DNA from: Nageia nagi
Taxonomy: Eukaryota; Plantae; Pinophyta
Direction of reading: 5' to 3'
Assembly: GCA_050084985.1 (NCBI GenBank)
Contig: JBITNC010000001.1
Location: forward strand, 5,394,001-5,458,000
Length of the DNA stretch: 64,000 nucleotides
In this document: positions 1-12,600 of the stretch, one piece after another
Layout: every line of letters starts with the position of its first letter
Position numbering within the stretch: position 1 is the stretch's first letter
The notes under the pieces: generated by a model
Seen by the model: only the letters and a program-made list of their open reading frames with translations
Told to the model about the DNA's origin: nothing
Database searches by the model: none
Made by a program: the position numbers and the translations under genes

Positions 1-116
1 ATCAAATCAACTCTCCAAGACCTGTGATGAATTCCATCCTCAAATAATTATTTATTTACAAAGGGAATCCTTAGGATTCCAAGATTATTTATTTTTGTTG
101 AAAAGGGGATGTTACA
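1..116. repeat. Possible LTR terminus truncated by the window edge
   Basis: Ends in GGGGATGTTACA (105-116), the reverse complement of the TGTAACATCCCC terminus typical of plant Ty3/gypsy LTRs. No partner end is visible. Confidence 0.3.
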
Positions 117-653
117 TGTTTGCATATAGGATGATGTTTGAATAGACTTCCAATAAACACACTTCTGGTGGCGTTATACAAGCATATGATCTTTGAATGT
201 ATTTTGTGATCAATCAAAATAAAGCCTGCAACATTAAATAACACATTAAATCAATGTTGCATGGAGGTATTCTAGGATGATTTTTTTACTTCCATTAACA
301 GTGTAAATCTTTATAAGAATAAATACATAATTTTGTGTATTGTTCTTAGGGTGTTTCAAAACAGTCATTGAAGGTAGCACTGATTTGGTGACTAAATTAG
401 TCTGATATTGCAGGGCCACAACATTTTGTAGCCCCAAGGAGAGTAATTCTTCTGTTTCTAGCATTGTAATAGGGAAAACAATGGGGAGTCAAAGCAGAAT
501 CTAATCCTGAGGAGGTTTTCTTTCCAGGAGGGTTTTCTCCCTGAAATTCAGTGTGCCACATTCTTTTCAAGAACAGCCGGCAAATCCACAAGTGAAGTTC
601 ATTTATATGGATTCCATAGGCGTGGTTATTGCAATTTGCTTGTACAATCCAAG

Positions 654-1081
654 TGTTAGGAACCTAGTAGAACTGAAAAGGGGATTTACCCCGAATACCA
701 TTGGAAATACAGCAATACGAAATAGCCAACAGATTCATAATGCAACAAATAAAGCAAATGGAACAATGCGCTCAGATTAACAAGAAGATAACAGAACAAA
801 GTAACTTTATTGATAGCAATACGAATCACAAGCCGCTTTGAGGTGGCTTACTCCTTACAACTCAAAAGAGAATTGATTTTCCAAGCTGCCTTTCTTTACC
901 CCTCTTACACATATTTATAGACTTCCTACTCTAACCCTAATTGGTGGTTTAATTCAAAATGGTGATTCACCTTAGAAATATGATGATTCATATAACAAGT
1001 CAATTCGGCACAACTCGATAACTAAAATAACTACTAATCACAATTAAAAATAATTGAATGTTAGGATTTGGGATCCTAACA
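654..1081 (-). repeat. 3' LTR of the Reina-like element
   Basis: Direct repeat of 5252-5661, TG...CA ends, preceded on the - strand by PPT-like AAAGAGGAATGACA. Confidence 0.9.
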
Positions 1082-1099
1082 TGTCATTCCTCTTTGAAA

Positions 1100-4000
1100 A
1101 GAGCTTTGTCCTCAAAGTTGAAAATTTGGAAACTCCTGTTGAAGTTGATATGCTGACTCCCAAGTTGCATCTTCAGTTGCTAGGCCGTGCCATTGGATAA
1201 TGACTTCAGTGATGGTACGATTACGAAGCTAACGAGTACGCTGTTCTAAAACTCTTCAGGTTCTAGCTTGATGCCCCCCTCGTCTGTGAATTCTGGCAAG
1301 TTTGTCTGAGCATGAACATTTGATCCTAATACCTTCTTAAGACATGAAACATGAAAGACTGGGTGAACCTTAGAGGAGGCTGGTAACTCCAACTTATATG
1401 CAGCTGGCCCAATATGTTGGAGAATTCTGTAAGGCCCATAGAATTTGGGAGCTAATTTTTGAGATCCTTTATTCTTGAGAGATTTTTGATGATATGGTTG
1501 AAGCTGCAGAAAGACCATTCCTCTTCTTGGAATTCCCTTTTGACTCGTTGCTAATCAGCTTGTTGTTTCATTTGATGCTGAGCAATCTGTAAACTTTCCT
1601 GTAGAAGACGAAGGATATCCGCTCGAATGGTTAATTCTATGTCAACCGCCTGAACATTTGTGCTGCTTGGAATATAAGAGGATATAGCAAATGGTGCCTA
1701 CCCATACAATGCTTCATAGGGGGGTCATTTTGATAGTCGTATGATATGAAGTGTTAGACCACCATTCCGCCAAGGGTAGCCACTAACCCAATGAATTGGC
1801 TGTGCAGAGACAAAATAACACAAATATGTCTCTAGACTCTTACTAACAATTTATGTTTGACCATCGGTCTGGGGGTGATATGCAGAACTCATGTTGAGTT
1901 GGGTTCCTTGAAGCTTGAAAAATTCCTTCCAAAAGTTACTGGTGAAGGTTGGGTCTTGATCGTTGACTATTGTAGATGGCATACCATGAAGTTTGAAGAC
2001 ATTATAACGAAAAGTTGAGCCACATTAATAGCTTTGAATGGATGAGCCAAGGAACAAAAATGTGCATATTTGGACAACTTGTCAATCACCACCATGATAA
2101 CAGATTTGCCATGAGACCTTGAGAGATCTTCGATGAAATCTATTGAAATGTCAATCCAAGTGCGAGTAGGGATGGGCAGAGGTTGGAGCAGCCCTACAGT
2201 ACCAACGGTCTCTCCTTTTTGGCGTTGACAAATATCACATTCAACAACAAATTTCTTAATGTCTTGTTTCATACCAGCCTAATTAAAAGATTGAGCCACT
2301 CTTTTGTAAGTCCTGAGAAACCCTGAATGTCCCACTAATGGTGCAAAATGTAGCTCCTTAAGTATCATCTCCCAACATGCAGATGTGGAAGGTAGTACAA
2401 TGTGGCTCTTGAATCGTAGGATTCCATCCTACCAAGAAAAATTGGGATGGCTACAGGGTCAGCCTGAATTTGGTTGATTAATGTCTAAGTAGAGTCATCC
2501 TTGGCGCATTCTTGTTTAACCTGCTCTATCCAACTGGGAGTCGGTGAGGATATTGCTTGGAAAGCTGTTGGTTCTTCAAATTTCCGTGAAAGGGCATCAA
2601 CCACCACATTTTCTTGCCCCTTTCGATACACTATCTCATTGTCATACCCCAATAATTTAGTCACCCATTTTTGTTGCTCTGGGGTCAAAATTCGCCACTC
2701 CATGAAATACTTGAGACTATGACGATCCGTGCAAATGATGAAATGTCGACCAATGAGATATGGTCACCACCTTTGAACAACATGAATAATGGCCATCATC
2801 TCTTTTTCATATGTTGGTTTGGCCAAATTGCGGTTCAACAGTGCCTTGCTAGTGAAAGCAAAGGTTCTACCTTCTTGCATGAGGATTGCACCAATCCCTA
2901 CTCCCAAAGCATCACTCTCAATGATGAATGTTTTAAAAAACATTGGGTAGGGCCAAAATTGGGGTGGCACACATGGCCTCCTTAAACTTACAAAATGATT
3001 CTTTTGCAATGGAAGACCACTTAAAAGAGTCTTTCTTGAGTAGAGCTGTGAGTGGAGCAGCAATCTTCTCATAATCCTTCACAAATTTGCGGTAGTATCT
3101 CGTCAACCCAAGGAACCCGTGTAACCCTTTAAGGGATTTAACAAGAGGCCAACACTTCATATCTTCAATCTTTTGAGGATCTGCTTTGACACCTTCCTCT
3201 GAAATGATATGCCTGAGATATTCAACCTCTCGTTGTCCAAAAGAACACTTCGAACGCTTGCCATACAATTGATTATCTTTGAGGATTTGTAGAGTTTGTT
3301 CTAGGTGAGCTAGGTGGTCCTCCCAAGTTTTGTTGTAGATCAAAATATCATTAAAGAAAACCAAAACAAAATTTTTGAGGTAGGGGTAGAATACCTAATT
3401 CATCAAGCTCTGGAAGGTAGAAGGGGCATTGGTAAGATCGAATGGCATCACCAAAAATTCATAATGACCTTCATATGGCGGAAAGTTGTTTTTGGAATGT
3501 CCTCGCAAATCCGAATTCGATGATAGCCCGACCATAAATCCAATTTGGAAAAGAATTTGGCACCATGTAATTCATCAATGACAAGAATAGGAAATTTAAA
3601 CAATGAATTTCATCCATAATTCTGCAAAATCCCATAAAATGGGTCCCAATTTGTGCAACCATTGGACTCCAAGAACCACATCACATCCTCCTAGGGTAAG
3701 GGCATACATATCACTATGCATATGATAATCACCCATGGTGAGTTTAACATTGCAGCATTTTCCCTTACAGGCAATTTTACCTCCATTTCTGATCATCATT
3801 TCAAAGTTATTTTGGGGGTATATGAAACAATTGGCCTGTTTAGCCACCCTTGGGTCAATGAAATTATGGGTACTTCCTAAATCAATTAATATAATGAGAG
3901 ACTACTTCTTGAAGTATCCACAACATTTCAATTTTACCTCTATTTCCGATTCGCTTGACTGTGAAGGACCTATTAGGCTTGGGAACAACTTGGTGGTTTT

Positions 4001-4774
4001 GTGGTTTCATAAATGGTTGTTTTACTTGACATCATTGTGCATTGAACTTATCTTCCGCAAGCTTTGCTAGTGCAATAGCCTCCATCATTGAATGTGGATT
4101 GAACATTTTCACCTCCACTCTAATCTCTTCTTAGTCCATTGACGAAACAACATTTTAAGAATGATTCATCCAATGCTTCTGTGGGATTGGCAAGCTTTTT
4201 AAACTGAGTTAGATAGTCTTTTACTGATCCAGTTTGCTGCAGTTTGGTGAGAGCCCTCTTAAAATCTTCAAATTCACTTGGGCCAAATTTGACCAACATA
4301 TTTTTGTGAAGTCACCCAAGGAGTGCCATTTGTCTACTGGTACCATTGGATGGCCTCATCTTCAAGATGAAATGAGTCGATGTTGACCTTTTGTGCCTTC
4401 GATATTGGGTTTAATGAAAAATATTGCTTAGCCTTATAGATCCACCCATTAGGATCATTACCCTCAAATTTTACAAAATCGAGCTTGGTTGTTCTTAGAA
4501 GAATAAAAGCTTGTGAAGGCCCATGAGATATTTGTTGTTGTTGTCCAATTGATTGTTGAGAGTACGAACCTGATTGTGTACCTGTATTGGAATGTGCTTG
4601 CTAAGCTATGGCCACATTTTTGTGAAGGGCATCAAATTTGGCATTCATGGAGGTTATTGTGTGAATTATTCCATTAAGAGTGTTTTCCAAAGCCACTTTT
4701 TGTATTAACTTTGTTATTGCATCCACTCTTCTTGACAACTTGTTGAAGTTTTGCAATCTTCTTCTATTAGCCAT
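1100..4774 (-). pseudogene. Disrupted gag-pol of the chromovirus (gag, protease, RT, RNase H, integrase, chromodomain)
   Basis: Protease LID(L)GSTHNFIDP; RT VFFNDILIY...KCSFGQREVEYL; RH PTYEKEMMAII; INT CDICQRQK...GLLQPLPIP and KLAPKFYGPYRI; chromodomain EVIIQWHGLATEDATWES (~1150-1210). Many stops and frameshifts. Confidence 0.92.
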
Positions 4775-5237
4775 TGAAAATTGGTATTTTTAGAACTGCT
4801 ATTTTTGGAAACTAAAAAAGTTTATGGATGCTATATATTGAAACGATCAACACGAAAAAAATAATCACAATGAGATAGGTCTCAAAATGATGATTTCCGG
4901 AAGTTTGTATTCTTTTTTTTCTAAAAAATCTTTACCTTTGGTAACGAATGGATACTCTCAGAATTTGCTAATTTCTCGTGGTTTGGGAGATACTAGCCCT
5001 AGAAGTTTTTGCCTGTTTTGAAACTACTATTTCAGGCAAAACATGAGGGTTCCGTGAGATTTTGGAAAAACTTGGGAAAAGTTTCGGCTGGAAAATTGAC
5101 AAAATCTAGGGTTCCCCTTCAATGCGACCTTGCAATCTACGGAAATTTGGGTAGAGTTTTGAATGCAAAATAGACAATTTCTAGATTTCCCACTCGATGC
5201 GACCACATAGAAATGCCCATAGATAACCAAAATCGAT

Positions 5238-5249
5238 GCTCTGATACCA
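5238..5249 (-). other. Primer-binding site (tRNA-iMet)
   Basis: TGGTATCAGAGC on the - strand, 2 nt from the 5' LTR. Confidence 0.92.
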
Positions 5250-5251
5250 CT

Positions 5252-5661
5252 TGTTAGGAACCTAGCAGAATTGAAAAGGGGTTTTACCCCGAATACCACT
5301 GGAAATACATAAATATTAAATAGCCAATAGATTCAAAATGCAACAAGTAAAGCAAATGGAACAATGCACTAAGATTAACAAGATAACAGAACCAAATAAT
5401 TTTACTGATAGCAATACGAATCGTAGGCTGCTTCGAGGGGGCTTCCTCTTTACAACTCAAAAGTCAATTGATTTTCCAAGATGCCTCTCTTTACCCCTCT
5501 TACATATATTTATAGACTTCCTACCCTGACCCTAATTGGTTGTTTAATTCAAAATGGCGATTTGCCTCACAAATATGACGATTCACATAACAAATCGGCA
5601 CAACCCGATAACTAAAATAACCACTAATCACAATTAAATGTTAGGATGTGGGATCCTAACA
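5252..5661 (-). repeat. 5' LTR of the Reina-like element
   Basis: Direct repeat of 654-1081, adjacent to the PBS. Confidence 0.9.
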
Positions 5662-5980
5662 CCAACTATTCTCTTAGAAGGTTCATATGAGTTGCATACT
5701 TGATATCTTTCAAAAAAAACTCTTGCACATGCTTAAATTATTTGGGGTAGACATTTACACTTCATTTGTGAGTTTTTGAAGAAAAACATCCAAAAACTTT
5801 ATTTTGTGGTTAGGGGTGGATTCTGAGAATCATCCAAAAGATGAGCCATGTTTTTGACTTGTAAAATGGAAACTCTTTTGTTTAGAACTTTGTAAATTGT
5901 TAAAATTATTGTTTGTAAAGTTCTAGTTCTAATATCATGTTTTTTTAAAATATATTAAAAGCAAAATAATAGAACAAGAG

Positions 5981-6202
5981 AGGAGTGGGTAAGTTAAAAC
6001 TCTAAAGTTTAAAAAGAAAGGCCCCAGGTTCCAATCTTTCCTCCCTCACATCATGTTAATATGCTATGTCTAGTCAATGGGTGACCAACTGGCATGGATC
6101 GGGTCAGATGTGACTCTCGAGTAAATTTGACGGAAGAGAACCCCTTAGACATGGAATCTAATTCTAAGAAATTGGTCTGTAAGGGTGATATCACAAAAAA
6201 AA
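5981..6202 (+). mobile_element. tRNA-derived SINE
   Basis: Perfect 13-bp TSD AATAGAACAAGAG (5968-5980 and 6203-6215), A-tail at 6195-6204, B-box-like GGTTCCAATC (6027-6036), degenerate A box near 5984, ~220 bp. Confidence 0.8.
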
Positions 6203-6646
6203 AATAGAACAAGAGATTCATTTGGTGATCATAGGCATCATAAAAATCTGTTTGTTAGTTAGGTTAGAGCTACAACTCACTAACAGTAATCTTGAAGATG
6301 TGTCAACTAGATTGACCTGAACTTGAAGCATTCATCGTTCATAACTTCATAGAAACCAATATGCAGCTGGTATAATAATAAAAACAACCTAAATGCAATG
6401 GACTGAAACACAATTATTTTCAAATTGGGACTAAGGCCACTCATTAATGGAAAATTAATATTCCTATTTTTGATGTGAAAAAAATTATCATTATTTCATA
6501 GGGACATGATAGTCATCCATTTAATATTTACTATTTTAAATAAGATGACATATTTTATTTTGCAAACTTTTGCACAGTTTTCTTTTATTGTTTTGAGTTG
6601 ATATGCATATGAGTTTTTTCACAGTTGTTTCTTCTTATGATTGTAG

Positions 6647-6697
6647 GCTGGATACAGACATATTGACTGTGCTCGTGCATATGACAATGAAAAGGAG
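6647..6697 (+). CDS. AKR exon 2 ([17 protein letters not shown]; catalytic Asp and Tyr)
   Basis: ttgtAG|GCT...GAG|GTaatt; 51 bp, phase 0/0. Confidence 0.93.
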
Positions 6698-9600
6698 GTA
6701 ATTGCTCGGATTTAGTTTAGTGGACATTTTCTTCAAGCGTATTGGGTTGACTTGCATATGAATTTATAAGATTAGTAGACATTTTCTTCAAGTGTTTAGT
6801 AGACATTGTTACAAGCTGACAAGGTTGACTTTGAAACTGTTGTCTGATACTATATATCTCATTCTTGCTTTTAAGATGCATATTCCAGAAATTCTCAAGT
6901 TTACTTTGCCAGTTTCATGTTGTTATAGCAAATGCCATTCACTTAAGCAAGTGCCTTACTTAGTCATTTTAAATTGCTTTAGGATGAAGACAGTTATACC
7001 ATGTTTTGTGATTTTATAGTAGGCTTTCCATATGGATCTCATGATTTCCTAATTGAGTAGCTTTGGGTAACAGGTTGGTCTTGCATTGAAAGAAATGTTT
7101 CAAACAAATGTGGTGAAGCGAGAGGACATCTGGATTACATCCAAGCTTCAGTATGCATTAAAAGTTTTTTCTTTTTCAGAATAGATGAAGCTTTTTTAAT
7201 CATGGATATAAATTTTGTAACTGTCTATCTTTGATTATTTGAAATTTATGACAACATGCATATAGCAGTTATTGTAGTGTATTTAGAATTTTATATATTC
7301 ATGCATTTTAGAGTCAGAACTCGACATTGTAATTGTTTTCAATCTTGTAGGATTGTTTCTTAGTTCATAAGCAAATTTAATAGCTACTCAGCTTGTACAT
7401 CATCAATGTTTTTACTAATTTGTACATGTAATAAAGACTCAAATACACATTGTTTTGTTTGGATGCACAGGTTCTCATCATTCAAGCTTACATATATCTA
7501 TACTAAAATCATATAGGATTGATATTAGTGAACAATACAAACTGTATTGTTTGTGTAGTCTAGAAGCCCGAGTCATTTCAAAGCTCGTCAACTCTTCATG
7601 GGGATTCCTTCCTTAGTACTTTTGGCCCAAGCTATTCTTCAAAAATTGAAGTTGTGAGGAAAAGCAAGCAAGACCCAAAGCCCAGATGAGGACCAACTCA
7701 AATCTTGAATCCCGAGGGCTTGATTCTTTTATAATGTGACAAGTTGGGATACTGAACTTTGAGATGCTTGAATTCTACAAGAAAAGGGGCAAGCTCATAA
7801 TGAGAAATTATAAAGAATTGGGAGGTATGAAAGATAGAGTTTATGAATAATTCAGCCCAATCTTCCATATTTGGAATTCTGAATATATGCTAAGGTTGAA
7901 AATAATGATCAAAAGATTGAAAGAAAATTGTGGATCCCAGTCAAAGAGGTGCACATCTAGAACTTCCACATTGTCTGCATCAACATTTTACCCCTGGAGT
8001 TTCGAAAAGGGATTAAGAGCTTGAAAGCATTCAAAAACTAGAGCTTGGGAGTGGATAACGTTAGCTAAGCTTTCCTAACATTTCGAATTTTCAAAGGAAA
8101 AAGTATATTCAAAAGTCTCAAGCTCAAAGCTTACCAATAAACTCAATCTCATCTTTTGAGGAGTTAGCAATGGGATCTTTGAGGAGTGAGCATTGGGATA
8201 CAATACTCAAATCATTGCATGGAAGGCTCTAAATTGTAGCTTTATACGGAGTTTCAATTTTCCTAGTTTTCTGATAAAGATAATCTAATTGAAAAATATG
8301 GAAGTGGCCCAAACGAGAAAGGAATACATTATAGTACAACAAATGTCTACAAGGAGATAATAGAAGTTGCAGTAGTTTAGTAACTATATGCTCATAACCA
8401 CCAAACCTAAATATTTAACCTAACAAACACATTAACTCTTGTAATGCAATATTTCTAACATACCCTTCTATATTACATTAGGTCTTCAAAATTGTGAACA
8501 TTAAAAGCAAAAGAAATCAACACATCCACACCTGGTATGAATAATAATAGTGACAACTATCTGTCACCATCTATCATCACATCTCCTTTGGATTATAGTC
8601 AACACTATTTGGAACAATCAACAACGACATTGGCCTCACTAACCAAATAAGCAACATTTTCAACAACAATGGGCTCATATCTTCAAGCCTTCATATCTCA
8701 TGTGCCAATGATTGTTCATCACCAATCTTCATGCGATAATGGTTGGGCATTTACCGTCTTCAACTTCTATGACAATGACAACAATCGGGCATTATCACAA
8801 CCACTTCAAAATGTTGTAATAAATATCTTTTTCCCTTTTATTACAACATTCAAGTAAGGACATGGACCAACACACCTATCCATATGATCAAGGATATAGA
8901 CTAATGCATCTATCCATGATCAAATCACATAAATTGAATAGAGACAAAGACAAACCAAGATTACATAGGATACGCATTTCCTCGCCCCCACCAAAATGGT
9001 TGTATCCTTGTATCGTTGCTTTTGTAGGATACATTTCCTACAATGTCCCCAACCAAGGATATGTCTCCTAACCATGCCAAGGATGACTAAGGAGAAAGGG
9101 ACAATGTTTCCAATACATTTTGTTGTGTGACGTCCCCTTTGTCTAGATGTAATTAATTGTGGGATCCAATAGGTTCCTCTTGTAATATATTTTATTATGC
9201 CTTGTACTTTCATGTTTTGTAACTTGGGATAGAAGACTTAATGGGTCAATGGACCCCACTATGAGCCCCAAGTGGGACGGCTCCCTCCCAAGCTTAGATT
9301 AGGTGTTATTATTGTACTTGGAGATCCCAATCTTGATTGTGGGAATCCGAAGGTCTATTACTACACTTAGATGGATGGTAGGCACCTTTATGCACATGCC
9401 AGCCTTAGGGAGGCTTCCATACCCCTACGCTGGCCCAACATGACACCTAGACCCCACGCATGACCCCTTGACCCACATGGGCATGCATAGGGCTCCTAGA
9501 CCCCCATGTTGGCACTTAATGCACTCCAGGCCCCCACATTAGCATGCCTAACCCCTAGGCACCCACGTTGGGCATTCTGGGCCCCTAGGAGGCTAACGTT

Positions 9601-12600
9601 GGGATTAAGGAGACAGGTGATGACTCCTAGGTGAGATCTGGATAGTGTTGAGTGTATAAAGAGATATTAGAGCCTCATTACTGGATATACCTACTAATTA
9701 TTATACTGCATATCGTCCATAGGACAAGAAGACTTAGCGGCACTAAGCAATCCCCTAGGTGTAGCATCTAGGAGGGCTTTCAAGCTAAGGGATTCTGGTC
9801 GTCTACGACATTGTTGTAGCACCCTTGCCCATTTGGTGGTATTCCGAGAAGAGCTTTTGCCATTCAGTTGGCCACCAGAGTTTGAGGAGAGCTCCTTTGG
9901 TGGAGAGGATTCAGATTCTAAGGGAGTGATATTGCCCCATGGTTCTATCATCAGTCCAACAGTGAGAGACATTTGGTTGTGCCCTAGCTCCTTGGAGGTC
10001 AATTGTCAACCCTATTGGGCCTGGTATTGTATTGTTGAGCTTTGTACATCTGATATACAGCCGTTTGGGCATTGGATCTCATATTGTGTTGTTCTTGTAT
10101 CCATTATTGCAACGTTGTTGTGTGTATGTCCATTTATGCATGTGTGAGCCAGACATTGGCATCGTGAGGGTTTGCACTTTGATATATGCTTGTATTGGCC
10201 AGACCTTGGCATCTTGGTGTTGTGAATGTTTGATATTGATGCTCTAGCTTAGACATTGGCATAATTGCATTATATTAACTTGAAGTGGATGCCCTAATCC
10301 TACTGTTATCATATTGAGGGTTTGTATGCTTGTAATCGATGCCCTAGGCCTGATGTCAAGGTTTACTGGTTTGAATTTGCTAATTTGCATGTGAAGGTGT
10401 ATTTGGATCATTACATGTTGAAAGGAGAATGATGTCCCTTGGATAGGGGACGACAAAGTGGAGACCTAGGGGATGGCCAATCATCCCCTATGGTCAAGAC
10501 TTAAAAAAAACAAAAAAAAGGTCTCATGAAGGCTTAAAAAGGCTCAATGATATTTTGACATCCATGTAATATTCTTCAAGTTTTGCTTTCTTAAATGTAT
10601 GCAAGAATATGTCTTACTTGCAATTAATTGAGAGTAGTTTGATAAATTCTCACACTTACACAAATGATCGGAAAGTCCATCTATGATCTTCAACCAATGA
10701 CATAAGTTAGAAGTAGAACTAACACCTTATAGTTTGAAAGAGGCATAACCTTGATTCCAAAATATTAAGATCACAATGTTGTCACATAATATGAATGAAA
10801 AACTTTCAACGTCATATTATAGCCACATGAATAACAATATACATCAAGGCCCAATTCCATGCTTATTGTTGATTAGTAGAAATGAAGTTCAACATATTAA
10901 TTATTTACAATTTAATAGCTCCCACCAACTCATAATATACAAGCAATCAGCCAACAGTTGAAGGAGACTGTTAAAATTCAATAATTTATATTTTGTTTGT
11001 ATTGTAATATGAGAATTTCAATTTAAAATTTGAAAACTTTATAAATTATATTCACTTTCAGCCTCAAGCTTACTAAGTTAATTTTTTTTGTATTTTTTAT
11101 AATATATATATATATATATAAATTTTTTATTATAATATTGTCCTTTCCTCTTACTATCTCCCCCACATTTCTTAAAAATGGGTCTCCATCCCTTTCCGTT
11201 CTTAGATACATGTTTCCCTGTTTCCCATCCCCGATACTCAATGTAACTTTGGGACAAACACATCTATCCATCATCAAAGGTGTACATAGGGACAAACACA
11301 TCTGACAACTATGATTGGAGACCAACACATTCCAATCATAAACATACATTAAATGTTGGGGACCAACACATCCAACCAACAACGAGGGTGATAGGAGATC
11401 AACACATCCAATCACAAATACAAAGGAAGTTTTAGAAATTCCCCCCCCCCCCACCTCTTAATCAAAATAGTACTATTCTTCAATCAATGGAAGCACATAG
11501 TAAAAGTGTTGAGTTCCATCAATATTGCACTCTTGGTCACAAAATATGATAAGAACACATTTAAACATAGAATAAACATCTCCACTGTGTCCGAAACACC
11601 CTTAAATGATTAGTTATATGATAATTTTTTAATAAAATAACAAAAACTTATAATCTGAATGAGTCATCAAACAATTAATTATTTTGGGTATCACCTTAGG
11701 ATTGTGAAATTTCACAATACCCACTGATTTGGTAGAAGTGGTCAAGGCTTTGCGATGAGGAGTTCTTTCTTGAAACTTTGTGATTCACTTCTTTCTATGT
11801 AGTGTGAACGAATAGTTTTGCAGAAGTGGGCCAAACGAGGAAGGAATGCATTACAATAGAACAAATATACACAAGGAGATATTAGAAGTTGCAGTGGCTT
11901 AACAACTATCTGCACATTAACCTAAATATTCAACTTAACACACTAACTCTCATAATGTAATATTTCTAACAAAGCTTAATGTATAGATATGTGCACATAT
12001 TTGGAAATTCCAAAAAATGTCCAAGCATTATAGTCTAAGTCATCAATGGTGTTGGAAGGTGAAAGGATGCCATGGAGAATGCAAATAATTTGAGGAAGAA
12101 AATAAATGGACCAAGGATGTGAATCAACCTAAAATGGTTAGAATTTTGAAGATTGCCTTTTGTCCTTGAAAAAGACCAAAGTATCGTTGTTGTAATCGAT
12201 GCTTGTCATGATTTCATGTTTGCCATGTGTTTCGCATTGGTTGGTCAATTGAAATTCCATTTTTTTGTTTTTTGTTGAAGAAAAATCTATAAAAGGGAGC
12301 AAAGGTTTTGGAAAAAGGGTTGAATCCTTCGATGTTTTCCCTTTGTAAACAAGTTGTATTTCTCTTTGTGAATAATTCAAAGTTGTTTGACCTCTTCCTA
12401 CCATGAGTTCCAAATTCATTTGTCATTGATAAGTGTGTGCAAGCATTGTTAACATTTACTCTCTTGTTAATTTCCAGTTGGCTTAGGTAGGGAATTGTGT
12501 ATGTTAGCAGATCAACTATTGCTGAGTTTAAGTTTTTGCTTGTTGAATATGTAGTTAGTTGTTTAACATTGAACTTATTTTTGTGAGTTGCCTGTGTTGA

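Larger units (their letters stand above)
654..5661 (-). mobile_element. Ty3/gypsy chromovirus LTR retrotransposon (Reina-like), degenerate, upstream of AKR exon 2 (presumed intron 1)
   Basis: Two ~420-bp LTRs with TGTTAGG...CCTAACA ends. TSD CCAAG (649-653) / CCAAC (5662-5666). tRNA-iMet PBS and purine tract next to the 3' LTR. Order gag-PR-RT-RH-INT-chromodomain; ~5 kb. Confidence 0.93.

Noticed and set aside
1-6646. AKR exon 1 (expected LNTGAKIPSVGLGTW-like)
   Set aside because: No matching segment found by eye; presumed upstream of the window.
9694-10456. Overlapping 66-104-aa ORFs as genes
   Set aside because: They lie inside an LTR, occur on both strands and have no recognisable domain.
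11245-11415. CRISPR-like repeat-spacer appearance
   Set aside because: Repeats are only ~14 bp and degenerate, spacers are irregular, the context is eukaryotic and there are no cas genes.
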